A DNA stretch of 64,000 nucleotides from Squalus acanthias. Its lineage: Eukaryota. Positions 23,922 through 36,769 of the stretch are shown here, one piece after another (the first letter of the stretch is position 1; each line of letters opens with the position of its first letter). The translations under genes and the position numbers were made by a program. The stretch is taken from assembly GCA_030390025.1 (NCBI GenBank), contig CM059431.1, positions 108,750,001 to 108,814,000 on the forward strand, given 5' to 3'. The notes under the pieces were generated by a model. That model worked only from the letters and a program-made list of their open reading frames with translations. It searched no databases and had not been told where the DNA came from.

Positions 23922-25635
23922 AACCGTCCAATCCCTCTACACCTCCATCCCCCACCAGGCTGCCTGAGGGCGCTCCACTTCTTCCTTGAACAGAAGCCCA
24001 ACCAGTCCCCATCCACCACCACCCTCCTCCGCCTGGCTGAACTTGTTCTCACGTTGAACAACTTCTCCTTTGACTCCACTCACTTCCTCCAAATTAAAGG
24101 TGTTGCTATGGGAACCTGCATGGGCCCTAGCTATGCCTGCCTTTTCATGGGATATGTGGAACATTCTTTGTTCCAGTCCTACTCAGCTCCCCTCCCTCAA
24201 CTCTGTATTGACTGTATTGGTGCTGTTTCCTGCTCTCGCCCTGAACTAGAAAATTTCATTCACTTTGCTTCCAATTTCCACCCTTCCCTCACCTTCACAT
24301 GGTCCATCGCCGACTCTTCCCTTCCCTTTCTCAACTTCTCTGTCTCCATTTCTGGGGATAGGCTATCGACTAACATCCACTATAAGCCCACTGACTCCCA
24401 CAGCTACCTGGATTACACTTCCTCCCACCCCACTTCCTGTAAGGACTCTATTCCATTCTCCCAATTTCTCTGTCTCCGCCGCATCTGTTCTGACGATGCC
24501 ACCTTCCATACTAGTGTTTCCGGTATGTCTTCCTTTTTCTTCAACCGAGGATTCCCCTCTACCATGGTTGACATGGCCCTTGACCATGTCCATTCCATTT
24601 CCCGCACTTCTGCTCTCACCCGTTCCCCTTCCTCCTAGAACCACGATAGGGTTCCCCTTGTCCTCACCTTTCACCCCACCAGCCTCCACATTCAACGGAT
24701 CATCCTGCGCCATTTCCGCCACCTCCAACGTGATCCCATCACCAAACACATCTTCCCCTCCCCCCCCTTTTCAGCATTCCGAAGGGACCGCTCCCTCCGC
24801 GACACCCTGGTCCACTCCTCTATCACCCCAACACCCCTTTCCCTTCGCCCGGCACCTTCCCATGCAAGCGCAGGAGATGCAACACCTGCCCTTTTACCTC
24901 TTCCCTTCCCATCGTCCAGGGCCCCAAACACTCCTTCCAGGTGAAACAGCGATTTGCTTGTACTTCTTACAATTTAGTATACTGTATTTGCTGCTCATGA
25001 TGCGGTCTCCTCTACATTGGGGAGATCAAACGCAGATTGGGTGACCGCTTTGCGGAACCCCTCCGTTCAGTCCACAAGCATGACCCTGAGCTTCCGGTCG
25101 CCTGTCACTTTAATTCTCCCCTCCCACTCTGATCTCTCCATCCTCGGCCTCTTACACTGTTCCAACGAAGCTCAACGTAAGCTCGAGGAACAGCACCTCA
25201 TCTTTCTATTAGGCACTTTACAGCCTTCTAGACTTAACATCGAGTTCAACAATTTCAGACTATAAATTGGCCCCTGTAGTTCTTTATATATTTTTGTTTT
25301 CTCTTGTTTCCTCACATGGTAGCTGTTAATGTTGCTGCCATCATCATTCACACCTCATCTAGAGCCATCTTTTGTTTCTTAACTTGTCCCATTACCATCT
25401 CCTTTTGCCTTGCACTATCATCCCTTTTGTCAGTCAATCTCTCCTGCCTTCCATCCTATCACAGACCTTCCCTTTGTTCTTCCCACCCTCCTCCCTGCCC
25501 CTGCTTAAAAATCTCTCCTCCCTAACCTTTTCCAGTTCTGATGAAGGGTTCGACCCGAAAAGTTGACTCTGTTTCTCCTCTCCTCGATGCTGCCTGACCT
25601 GCTGAGTGTTTCCAGCACTTTCTGTTGTTATTTCA
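23922..25635 (+). mobile_element. Penelope-like element, 5'-truncated (RT C-terminal half, GIY-YIG endonuclease, 3' pLTR)
   Basis: NNFSFDSTHFLQIKGVAMGT..YACLFMG..YKPTDSHSYLDY; C-x-x-C linker; LVYCI..LYIGE; stops and frameshifts. Confidence 0.9.
25533..25572 (+). ncRNA. Minimal hammerhead-ribozyme-like core in Penelope pLTR
   Basis: CTGATGA-aGGG-ttcga-CCC-GAAA at 25538-25560. Confidence 0.55.
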
Positions 25636-25939
25636 TTTTTATACTGGGTAAGTATTTGGTATTAATATCCAGAGCAGGGACTAGGACTTCACTTCTTTGT
25701 TAATATAAGCGGCATGTTGACATATACGAGTTTGACGCAAGTAGGGAGGATTTGTATATGAGGTATATCGTATGGTTCAATGCAGAGCTTCATACAACAG
25801 AATTGCATATTAGGAATTCAGCTACTTAAAATCCTGTTATGCACTCCCATCATTTAAAGCTCTATGCTGGAGTGAATTTGCCCCTCTTTCTAATCCTTCA
25901 CAGTTTTACATTTTCCTTGTGTTTCCTGTCAGGCATGAT

Positions 25940-26100
25940 TCTACAAAAGTACTTGGATATGCACTTGAAGTGCCGTAACCTACAAGGCTACGGACCAAGA
26001 GCTGGAAAGTGGGATTAGGCTGGATGGCTCTTTTTCGGCCGGCGCAGACACAGTGAGGTCGAATGGCCTCCTGGGCCATAAATTTCTATGATTCTATGAT
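25940..26100 (+). mobile_element. CR1-family 3' end
   Basis: CAAGGCTACGGACCAAGAGCTGGAAAGTGGGATTAG; (TTCTATGA)n tail. Confidence 0.7.
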
Positions 26101-26416
26101 GTGTAAGGGTCTGTCTCTGTATATTTCTGGTTATTGGAAAGTTATATTTGCAAATATACAAGCAATTCATTCAGTTGTAATGAATAAAGCAAAATAAAGT
26201 ATCACACAGACCAATATTAAAAATGGGATGTGGTCTTAAACAGTAGAATTTTGATTTTTTGACATGTTGATAATATAGCGACAGAAAATGCGTTGTGGAA
26301 CTCTTGTCCTGTACAGGTTTTCAACTAGAGCGCTTATAGATTCCCAAATGTAATGTAGCAGTGAAAAGACGATTGGATTACATTCTCCATACAAGTTAGC
26401 TTTGTCACAGTCGTAC

Positions 26417-26935
26417 GAACATAAGAAAGAATTAGGAGCAGGAGTCAGCCATATGGCCCCTCGAGCCTGCTCCACCATTCAATAAGATCATAAATGAGAA
26501 GTCGCACAACACCAGGTTATAGTCCAACAGTTTTATTTGAAATCACAAGCTTTCGGAGCTGTTGCGCCTTCGTTGGGTGAAGTAAAGAGATACAGAATCG
26601 CCAAAGCATATATAGATAGAGAACAATGCATGTGTACCTTACAATGGTAGACGACTAAATTTAATCATCCTGACTGTTTATCTGCCGAGGTGTGACAAAA
26701 GGCAATCAGGTCAGGACCTTCCTGGCTGACTCCTTGAATATGCTCAACAACTCAGCATCCACAGCCCTTTGGGATAGAGAATTCCAAAGATTCACAACCT
26801 TCTGAGTGAAGAAATTTTTCCTCATCTCAATCTTAAATGGCCGACCCCTTATTCTGAGACTGTGACCCCTGGTTCTAGACTCTCCAGCCAGGGGAAACAG
26901 CCTCTCACCATCTACCCTGTCAATCCCCCTCATAA
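26417..26935 (-). mobile_element. CR1 3' fragments interrupted by a Penelope 3' end (about 26492-26715)
   Basis: CR1 ORF 26706-26945 (GIDRVDGERLFPLAGESRTRGH); insert matches 54890-54980 in reverse. Confidence 0.75.
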
Positions 26936-27255
26936 TCAGTCTCAATTCATTTCTATAAATGTAGAAGTTTTCTTAACAACTCTGGTTATGGCTGTGTGTT
27001 TTACTGGTAATGGGGAAATATCACAGTATGAATTCACTGACTGTTTAGTTTAACAATAAATGCTGTTATTGTAACATAAAGTTACTTGTAATTCATATAG
27101 CCCAAGGTGGAAAAACTACATTCTGCACAGGAAAGCTGAAAAAAATCTCTCTAGCTCGGTGGAATGGGATCATTTGCCAATTTTACATGTCATTCTGTGG
27201 GCTACTGTACTTGTTCCCCATCCAAGATAAATAATGATACAATCAAAATAAATCT

Positions 27256-28304
27256 TGGGAGTGATTTTCATCTGTCAAATTCCCTGCTTTCCAGTATGAA
27301 CAGGGCTGGAGGCATACAATTAAAAAAATATATATATATGTACTTTTCACGCACCATCGAAGGCCCACCCAACTCGATTTTTGAGCAGGCCTCAAAAGGG
27401 TTGGCCAGCACTCCCGCCCAAAAATGATGCGAGCCACATTGAAATAATCTAAATCCGGGTCCCGCGCGGTCTGTAGGACCCCACTGCAACTTTGGGCTTC
27501 CGCTGGGTGGAGAGCATGGAGCTAGGGTTGCCCACTCTGGTTGGTTGTAGGCCTGGAGGTTTCATCACATGACTTCCTGCCTTGAATCATCCCGCCCCCA
27601 CACCCCCGCCATTGGTCCATCCTCCGGACGCACTGCCAGCCCACCGCCAATTGAAAAACAAACAGACTCTTCGATGCCCGACTGGATTCATCTTGACTGT
27701 TAGTCCAACAGCCTTTCTTCCCCCCCATCTCCAATATTTTGATAATTAATAAATGAAAGTGTTGAAAGAAAATGAAAAAAGCACATTTTTTTTCAATGCC
27801 CCGATGATTTTTCTCCAGGATTGCTCGCAGCAATGTCCTGGAGATTGATTTTCAATTCCTGGAGACTCCAGGACAGTCCTGGAGGGTTGGCAATGCTACG
27901 TGAAGTGCACACTCCAATCAGTGGAACTATGTGTTAAGTGACCCAATCAATGGTCCTTAAAGGGACCACTGCAGGCCACTCTGGAAACCCCAAAGAGAAG
28001 CTGTGCCGGTGATTTTTATGGGGCTAATTTGTGGAGCATTGATATTCCTCCTGACTTCACGTAAGTCTTCCCAGCCGCAGCCAGTGACACCAGCCCCCCC
28101 CCCCCGCCCCCGCCCCCACCCCTCCACACCTGGGATTTCTCCCACCCCCTTTAATTACTCACTTCCCGTTCAGCTCCACAGAAGACCCAATGGATTTGCT
28201 CTTGGATTACCTGTCCCTCCCCCCGATTGGCAAGCTGCCCATCACCGATGATTCAGCACTGGGAGCTCAATGAAAAATAATAAGACCCAACCATGAAAAC
28301 TGGC
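27256..28304. mobile_element. Degenerate MITE-like element hosting a nested hAT-like element
   Basis: GGGAGTGATTTTCAT...ATGAAAACTGGCC imperfect inverted ends. Confidence 0.4.
27523..27898. mobile_element. Non-autonomous hAT-like element
   Basis: TAGGGTTGCC...TTGGCAATGCTA ends; decayed 8-bp TSD CATGGAGC/CGTGAAGT. Confidence 0.6.
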
Positions 28305-28349
28305 CAAGCCTCCCACCAGTATCATGAGTGAGCGTGCATAGCAGGCAGA

Positions 28350-28703
28350 AAGAAATAAAGATGTGTATTTATATCACACCTTTCAGGACGTCTCAAAGTG
28401 CTTTCCAGCCAATGAAGTACTTTTCAACGGTAGTCACTGTTGTAATGTAGGAAACGCAGCAGCCAATTTGCACACAGCAAGCTCCCACAAACAGCAAGGT
28501 GATCATGACCAGATAATCTGTTTTAGTGATGTTGGTTGAGGAATAAATACTGCCTCGGACACTGGGGATAGCTCCCCTGCTCTTCTTCAAAGTAGTGCCA
28601 TGCGAACTTTTAGGTCCACCTGAGAGAGCAGACGGGTCCTCGATTTAACTTCTCATCCGAAAGACAATACAGCACTTCCTCACTACTGGACTGGAGTGTC
28701 AGC
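28350..28703 (-). mobile_element. DeuSINE fragment
   Basis: Reverse complement of the Deu core and tail. Confidence 0.8.
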
Positions 28704-28800
28704 CAAGACAGCTCGCTCACCGTGCACCAGATTTACGTGGAACCCAAAAATCATATTTAAAATAAGTCAAAACGTGGTTTAATTGGTAAATAGACTTTAA

Positions 28801-28985
28801 GGGGGTGAAATTGGGCTGGGGCAGGGACACAAAACAGACGATATTGCATTGGCTGCCTGTTATACGCTCCGTCCGATATTCAGTTCCATTGATTTTGATA
28901 AAACTGAATATCAGGCGGAGCTTATAACGCTCGGCCAACGCAATTCCGCCTGCTTTGTGTCCTCGTCCGAGTCCAATTTCTCCCC
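28801..28985. mobile_element. Short Harbinger-type MITE (185 bp)
   Basis: GGGGGTGAAATTGGGCT...AGTCCAATTTCTCCCC; internal inverted symmetry (GACACAAAACAG / CTGCTTTGTGTC). Confidence 0.7.
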
Positions 28986-28987
28986 AG

Positions 28988-29460
28988 TGTCAGCTGTGGC
29001 TCGGTTGGTCTCACCTTCGTCTCTGAGTCAGAAGGTTGTGGGTTCAAGTCCCACTCCAGGGACTTGAGCACATAAATCCAGGCTGACACTCCAGTGCAGT
29101 GCTGAGGGAGTGCCGCACTGTCGGAGATGCTGTCTTTTGGATGAGATGTTAAACCGAGGCTCCCGTCTGCTCTCTCATGTGGATGTAAAAGATTCCATGA
29201 CACTATTTCAAAGAAGAACAGGGGAGTTCTCCCTGGTGTCCTGGCCAATATTTATCCCTCAATCAACATAACAGAAACAGAATATCTGGTCATTATCACA
29301 TTGCTGTTTGTGGGAGCTTGCTGTGTGCATATTGGCTGCCGTGTTTCCTACATTACAACAGTGATTACACTTCAAAAAGTACTTAATTAGCTGTAAAGCG
29401 CTTTGGGATGTCCGGTGGTCGTGAAAGGCGCTATATAAATGCAAGTCTTTCTTTCTTTCT
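28988..29460 (+). mobile_element. DeuSINE (SacSINE1-like), full length
   Basis: Collinear with 10911-11370. Confidence 0.85.
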
Positions 29461-29700
29461 TATGTGTTTAAGTGTCGAATTGAGCCATGAAGACCAGTAG
29501 CAGGATGGTCCCAGATCTGATTGCTGATCCGCTTTGAATCTGATCGGTGTCCAGGCTACTATATTTGGCTTCAGCACTCAAGCTAGCTTGGTTGCTCTTT
29601 AGTGATCCTTGCTGTGTGTGCACCTGTCGAGCAAGGAGAGGGTGAGATTTTGCTGTGATGTTGCTCATGATGGAATAGCATGCCAACACTCACTGTCTAA

Positions 29701-29925
29701 AAGAAAGAAAAGAAATTCTTGCATTTATGTAGCGCAGGCAGGAAAGTGGAGTTGAGGTCGATGTTCAGTCATGATCTTATTGAATGGCGGAGCAGGCTCG
29801 AGGGGCCGTATGGCCTACTTCTGCTCTTATTTCTTATGTTCTTATGTTCTTTCACGACCTCAGGACATCCCAAAGCGCTTTACAACCAATGAAGTACTGT
29901 TGAAATGTAGTCACTGTTGTAAAGT
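29701..29925 (-). mobile_element. DeuSINE tail with a nested plus-strand CR1 tail (about 29735-29848)
   Basis: Both tail sequences are recognisable. Confidence 0.65.
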
Positions 29926-30283
29926 ACAAAATCTAGGCTGACTAAAAAAATATAAGCACTCAGTCGAGCCTACCAAAGAACTGCCCCTTCCTGTTAGATT
30001 TTCATATACTCATTAAACGTAGGCTGTCCAATACATCCAGGCACAGGATCAGAAAATTCTATCCATCGAGATCCAAATCCAGAAGGAAGTGGGAATGATT
30101 TATTTTTTCATTTGTCTTTGCGGGCATCATCTATTAAACAATTAAGTGCAGATTTTTGTGGACTGAGTTGATTCCAAATTTCTAGATGAAAAAAAAGATT
30201 TAACGTTTTGTGAAATAAGTTTGAGATTTGAGTTGTCCAGTCAACAAGGGCATAAATCACTGGTGAGGCCACATTTGGAATAT

Positions 30284-31021
30284 GGGGGGAAAAATTTGGT
30301 TGATTTGCGCCTCTCACCCTAAGAGGGCGCTAACGAGGGGAGAGGCAACTAGCGCCCGGGCGCGGCGCCGCTAACGCCTCCCGCAATTTTTCAGCGGGAG
30401 GTTAGCGGCGGTGGTAACCGTTAGCGCCCCGCGGCGCTGCGTCTCCGGCGATGACATCATCATCGCCGTGCGCAATGCCCCGCTCGCGCCCCGGCCGCGA
30501 TCTTCGGTAGCGCCCCCTGACTTACCGCCGGACATGATGTCCGACAGGGTCAAGGGGGCCTACCTGCAGCCAGGGCGGCGCAAATTAAAGGGGAGGTGCC
30601 GGGCGGCCCATTTTGTTGCTGGCTTCCTGCCGGCACCTGCCCCCGTTGCTGTCCCCGGCCTCCTGTGCAGCCCCCCCGCAGGGTGCCGGCTACGCTCCGT
30701 AAGCCCGGCACTTCTCTTGAGTGCCGGGCTCTTTTGCCGACACTCCGATGTCTGGTGGCCCAGCTGGGCCCCGGGTCGTGCTGCGCTAGGCGCCTCCCCT
30801 TTAATAAGGGGAGGAAGGCCTGCAGTCCCGCGGCGTGACATGCCGCAGAGCGTGGCGCTGCTGCACATAGTGCCGCGATATTCACTCGCAGCGCCCCTAG
30901 AGGGAGGCTTTGGGCGCTACCAGTGAATTTCGGGAGCGGGAGTGCTAACTTTTGCGGGGCGCTAAAAGTAGCGCCCCGGCGAAGTTAGCGCCTCAAAGGG
31001 GGCGCGACACAATTTTGCCCC
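30284..31021. mobile_element. GC-rich Harbinger-type MITE related to family B, inside a decayed CR1
   Basis: GGGGGGAAAAATTTGG...CAATTTTGCCCC; repeated TAGCGCC motifs; inverted relative at 56405-57000. Confidence 0.75.
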
Positions 31022-31559
31022 AGCTGTTTAATTATAGGCATGCTACCTTCTAAATGGTGCTGCCACATTGAGAGGGTTCAGAGAAGAGTGAGGAGGAGGA
31101 TTCCAAGACATGCGGGGTTCCAAGCTCCGGCCAACACTGACCTTGTTTACAACGGAAAAAAGATTGAGGAGGAATATGATTAAAGTCTTTAAAATACAGA
31201 ACAGTGTGGATAATGGTCATATAAACAGGCTACATGTTTTAAATAGTGAGCACAGAACTAAAGGACACAGGTTTAAAATTAATAATCTTAAGGTGAGACC
31301 TTTTTCCCTACACTCATTCAAACAGGAGCTGGATATAAATCTGATTGGAAAGGGAAGTATTGGTTATATGGACGGATGTAGACTGCAATAAAACCTCTGT
31401 TGGATTAAGACTGTGGCCACAAGGGCAATCTACTTCACATATTCTGGTCATGTCCCCACATCCAGCCAGTCTGGGCGGTAATCCGCTAAGATTACAAGAA
31501 ACCTGATCAATCTCACAATCTCACAATCCCAGAGGATCCAGTTCAATGCTAGCTAGGCC

Positions 31560-31760
31560 TTCCACTGGAGAGAAAGGGACCCACACAACAAACAGACTAG
31601 CACATCTCTCATCAGTAGCTGCAAGAAGATGCATTGCTCCGAGTTGGTAGAGTGCCGCCCCAACCACAATGGACAGGTAGCGGAAACACATGCGACATCT
31701 GCCAGCAGAGCGAGTGATGTTCAGCTTCTGGCTGGAACTGGGGAAATACCAGGCAGTCTC
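31560..31760 (-). pseudogene. Fossil Harbinger transposase C-terminal fragment
   Basis: MCFRYLSIVVGAALYQ...RCASLFVVWV resembles [15 protein letters not shown]...[10 protein letters not shown] of the 59495 ORF. Confidence 0.45.
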
Positions 31761-32093
31761 GGGCCCATTCTTGGAGAGACACTCAACACCAACTCCCCCC
31801 TCAACACTGGCCACGACGGGCACCAACCCTAACCAACTTGAGCACCGGTATGCAGGGGCCCCACTCCAAAATCGCCAAACCTAAATAACCCCAAGAACCC
31901 AGGGCCAAAGAAGGCGCCTGGGCCCCAAGAACTGCATTGGTCCCAGTGCAAGCACTTGGATGTGATACATTCCTCTCACAGGCACGGTGCAGTCAGGATG
32001 CACAGCGATTTCATAAAGCATGGATCGGAATGTACACACTCAAAGTATGTGCGATTGTACACCTAAATAGAAAGTGACCTCATAAAATATATG

Positions 32094-32988
32094 GGGGGAA
32101 AAATTCCGTTGGTTTGTGCCTCCCGTTAGCGCCTTAAGTGGGCGCTAATGGGGCGCAAAGCAACTAGCGCCCGTGCGCGGCGATGTTTGCGCCGCTCACA
32201 AAATTAACTAGACATTTTGCGGTGGCGCTAAACACTACTGCCACGATCTCCTGCGCCGGCAGATCGTGACGTCAGTCAAGTGCGCAATGCCCCGGTAGCG
32301 CCCCGGACCGGATATTGAGTGGCGCCCCCTGCCTTACTGCCTGCCGCTAGCAACGACAAGTTGAGGGGAGCTTTTTGCAGTCAGGAAGGGACTGGGGGAG
32401 CGCTATTTAAAGGCGACCGCATCCTGCCTTTTTTTGTTGGTGACATTTTTGCACCACGCATTCTGAGAGAGAGAGAGAGAGACTTCTGGAGAGATTCAAT
32501 GCTGTGTGAAGGAGTTTTGGGTACTGAGCAGCACTTTGCAGGTTCATTTTGATTTGCCCTTCCTTGTATCGATTTAGAAGAGACTGTGGGAGCTGCACTC
32601 TGAACTCTTTCCCTGGCTACTCTCCATTGTTCTTTCCAGCAGATTTGATGTACAGGTCTCTCGAGGCCGAGATTCAAGGCTGCAATGAGCAGGATGTGGA
32701 TGGAGAGCAAGATGAACCCTCCCCTTTAAGAACTGGCCCATGCCATTGTGTGTGTGTTCCATTGCTGACTGACATCACCTGAGCTTCGCCAGCGCTCTGA
32801 GGTAGCGCCTCGCTCCTCGGCCTTTGCGCCTTAAGACAGGTGTGAAGCGCCTGATTTAGCGCTCCAATCACCTCCAGGGGCGATAAAAGCTAAGTTTGCA
32901 GTCGGAGGCGATAATTAGCGCCAGGCGCTAATCTTTGCGCCCGGCCGATAATCGCGCCCCAAATGGGGCGATACTGAATTTTTCCCCC
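32094..32988. mobile_element. Harbinger-type MITE, family B copy 2 (895 bp)
   Basis: TIR GGGGGAAAAATTC...GAATTTTTCCCCC; TSD ATG; collinear with 5603-6494. Confidence 0.88.
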
Positions 32989-33019
32989 ATGGATTCTACA
33001 ATGGCTTCATAAAAATTGA

Positions 33020-33290
33020 GAGTGTATATATACACAACTTCAGAAAATATATGTTTGAACATACACATATATAGCTTCAGAATATATATATATATGAATA
33101 TACACACATATATATAATAGCTTCAGAAATTATATATATGAATGTACACATATATTTATACTAGCTTCAGAATATATATATATATATATGAATTTACACA
33201 CACACATATATATATATATAAAATAGCTTCAGAAAATATATGAATGAATGTACACTTATATTTATAATAGCTGCGAAAAATGTGAATGTA
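33020..33290. repeat. AT-rich minisatellite (TAGCTTCAGAA + (TA)n units)
   Basis: About 5-6 imperfect units visible. Confidence 0.8.
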
Positions 33291-33463
33291 CTTTCTTAAG
33301 AATCCAATAAAAAAGTATAAGGAGAAGCTTTCCTTGCGATATGATGGTTCGTGTGTTGGGGAGGTGCTGTTTGAGGAGAGAGGGAGGCCAGCACTGCATC
33401 AGTAAAGGTAAAGGAATAAGCTGGATTTTGTTGAAACATGTTTATATTTCAAGACATGTTTAC

Positions 33464-33522
33464 CGTCCGCACATTTTCATTACTACGAGGGTGAACTCCA
33501 TTCCAATTCTCACATGAAGAAA
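33464..33522 (-). CDS. Candidate 59-nt exon of an unidentified host gene
   Basis: CAG acceptor and CG|GTAAAC donor; two open frames, both compatible with the 14028 and 39729 candidates. Confidence 0.25.
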
Positions 33523-33671
33523 CTGGCGAAGATATTCAACAATCAGGATCATAACAGAGTTGCTCATAGTAACAACGGATAGGTAGCTGGGTTATTAATC
33601 TTTGAAACCCAGTCATTGCCTGACTAATATTTTTGCCTTGGGCTATTTGGCTACTATATACTAAACATATA

Positions 33672-34408
33672 GGCCCATAATTTCCGATCCCTATGGGTGT
33701 GTACGAGCTGTGTACACACCTGTAGGGACCTCACAAATGCTGGTTTCAGGCATGCAAAGTGCATGCACAGAAAACCGGCATTTCCAATCTGTCAAGAATC
33801 CTCTTGACAGATCGGACGCCTGCCCTGGAGAAGGGTCTCTGCGGGTGGAGAGTTCCGCTTTCTGCAGAACCTCCGCCCGCTGAAATCCCTTAAAAATCTT
33901 ACGCCTGGTAAAAGGCCTGCTTTTACCAGCATAAGAGTTTAAAAAAGTTTAAAAAAACATTTTCACTCATTTATAATTTAAAAATACTTTAAAAAAAGGT
34001 AAGTTTATTTTTAGCCCGGTAAAAAACTATAATATTTTTTCAGAAAATAAAATTTTGGTTTAAAATATTTAATTTAATGTAATTTTAACTAATTTTAAAA
34101 ACGTGATTTAAAAAAATATGTATTTATTGTTTTGATGTCTTTTTTCAGTGATCCCCATTCTGCCTGTCTACCTGTCAAAAGTATGAAGGGAGATTCCCTT
34201 CTCCCATTGGTTTCCCACGGCCCACGTGATCCCAGGGAAGCTTGCAAACCGCCTGAGCCCCTGGGATACCTGGGCCCTGCGCATTTCGTAGAGCAGAGGC
34301 CCAGGAGCGGAAATGGCCGGATCTCTGGAACCCTCAGGTATGAGCGTAGATTTTTTCCAGATCGGAGGCCTCTGCACGCAGGAAGTCTCCGATCAGAAAA
34401 TACGGGCC
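33672..34408. mobile_element. MITE family A copy 3
   Basis: GGCCCATAATTTCCGATC...GATCAGAAAATACGGGCC; collinear with 1974-2704. Confidence 0.72.
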
Positions 34409-34464
34409 ATTGAGATAATAAGCAAGTATTTTCTAAGTTAGAAAGCATCAAATCTAAATGTAGT

Positions 34465-34691
34465 GGGCAATATTGCCTCTAAGCTGTGTGGGTGCACAAC
34501 CGCGCAGTACTCTGCAAGGTCCCGCACAGGCCGCTCGCAAGCCTTTACAGTGGAAATAGCGCACAGGCGCAGAAATTTAAAGGGACCGCGCATTGAACGA
34601 AACAGGCCGCGCAGAACAAAGCGCAGCGTACAGGGAACACTGGTAGTGGGTTGCTGTAGCTAAAATTGGCATCAAGTTGACAATCTACCCC
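34465..34691. mobile_element. Short degenerate MITE
   Basis: Imperfect TIR GGGCAATATTGCC / GACAATCTACCCC; 3-bp TSD AGT. Confidence 0.45.
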
Positions 34692-35888
34692 AGTGGGGTG
34701 TTTTTTAATAATTGAATTTTCAAAAGTTTGTGTTCACATATGTGTCTTATGAAGCTGTTGTATATTTTCATTACATAGTGTCATTTTAAAATACTTTTTT
34801 TTTTACATAGAATCTAAATATGATCCCACTAGAAAAAAGTGACTACTGAAAGTACCCCAGCTCTTAGTTACTGAGCTGTTCACCTAAAACCATAAAACCC
34901 ACAATGACAAGTGTAATTAAGTAAATTTGAAAAAAAAAATCAATATTTATGTGCGTTGTACAGCATCTGAAAGAATGATATTGTAAATTTCAAACAAATT
35001 TAAGAAGGAGGGGTCTTCTTACTATTATTCAGACCTACCACATAGAAAAAACAAATGAGCGAGGGCAAGAAATAGATTCCCAGAAATAATTAAAGCCGTA
35101 AAAGGCAATCAGTAAACTACTTTATGTGGAATGGCCCTATTGTTGTGAAAACAAATATGGCCCATGGCCAAATCGGAGCTCAAATCTGACCATCAAACTT
35201 TCGGTGTGACGTCCGCTTCAGGTCGCATTACGAATAATCACGCTCGTTATTCGAAACCACATTAACTGCCCAGCATTTAAAGAAAGTCATTCCCTGCTCA
35301 CAAAGGACGAGGAATAGGAATCGTCATTCAATTAAACGTCAGCGTGAGAAAAGATAGTGAGGCTAGTTCGCGCTTATCGAGGTGAGGGCTGTCAGTGCTC
35401 GGAAGAAGGTCTCGTCTCCGGGTTTGACAGGTGGTGTCGGCATCGAGCTCTGCAGTTCGGAGGCTAAGCTTCCCCAGCTTTGCCTCAAAAAACCTACTCT
35501 ATCCCCAACTTTGCTACATAAATATGACATTTTCTGTATCCCACAGCAACCCATCTGGCCTCTGAGAGTGAGACTGATGGCATTGTGCAGTGTGGGCTCG
35601 CACCATGTAAGTTCTAGGTTGAGGCTACTCAAACTCAGTTCATTTATGACCTTTACAGTCGACAGAGGCAGGTCATTTCAGGGGTAATTTTCCAAATGTA
35701 ATTAATTTGAATAGTGAGGAAACCATGCTCAGTGTCTGCCTACATTTCCGATATGTAGTTTCAGCCGGCAAGGCTCCCCCTGGGTGTGCAAAGTCAGAAA
35801 ATTATTCCTTTTCACTCCATCACTTACTCAAATACATATCCCAAAGTGAAAAAATGCTCGAACCACTGTACAACCGTGTACAACACAG

Positions 35889-36466
35889 GGTGTTGGTGAG
35901 ACCACACCTAGAGTACTGCGTACAGTTTTGGTCTCCTTATTTAAGGAAGGATATACTTGCATTGGAGGCAGTTCAGAGAAGGTTCACTAGGTTGATTCCT
36001 GAGTTGAAGGGGTTGTCTTATGAGGAAAGGTTGAGCAGGTTGGGCGAATACTCATTGGAGTTTAGAAGAATGAGAGGTGATCTTATTGAAACATATAAGA
36101 TTCTGAGAGGGATTGCCAGGGTTGATGCAGGGAGGATGTTTCCCCTCGTGGGGGAATCTAGAACTAGGGGGCAGAGTTTCAGAATAAGGGGTCACCCATT
36201 TAAGACGGAGATGAGGAGGAATTTCTTCTCTCAGAGGGTCATGAATCTTTGGAATTCTCTACCCAGAGAGCTGTGGAGGCTGAGTCATTGAATATATTCA
36301 AGGCTGAGATAGACAGATATTTGAGCTACAGGGGAGTCAAGGGTTATGGGGAGCGGGCAGGGAAGTGCAGTTGAGGCCAAGATCAGATCAGCCATGATCT
36401 TATTGAATGGCGGAGCAGGCTCGAGGGGCTGAATGGCCTACTCCTGCTCCTGTTTCTTATGTTCTT
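35889..36466 (+). mobile_element. CR1 LINE 3' fragment
   Basis: LVRPHLEYCVQFWSPYLRKDILALEAVQRRFTR...RRNFFSQRV; tail. Confidence 0.92.
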
Positions 36467-36769
36467 ACAACCCAGGTCAGGCTATGAGGAACTTTTTCTG
36501 GATGGTACTTATAATAAGAGAGGAAACAATTAAAGCAATAATTATTTACAAGTACCTTTTAAGGAAACAAATAAGATCCTATAGCTGTCAACCTCCAAAA
36601 CACAAAAAAAAGGTGGGCTCCTGGAAAGTGCTGAAAATTCAGTTACAAGTTATCATTGACCATGTTACCCCTGTGGCTCCCTCTTCACCCTGAAATTCAT
36701 TGAAGACCACAAAAAGATTAAGGCCCAGGTACCGTAAATTTGGCTGTCTCACCCAGAGAAGCAATATGG

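Noticed and set aside
30371..30926. CpG island or promoter with overlapping GC-rich ORFs
   Set aside because: Lies entirely within a TIR-bounded MITE; ORFs reflect GC content
35707..36291. 194-aa ORF as a host-CR1 fusion gene
   Set aside because: Chance in-frame read-in from flanking DNA (non-ATG start) to a truncated CR1
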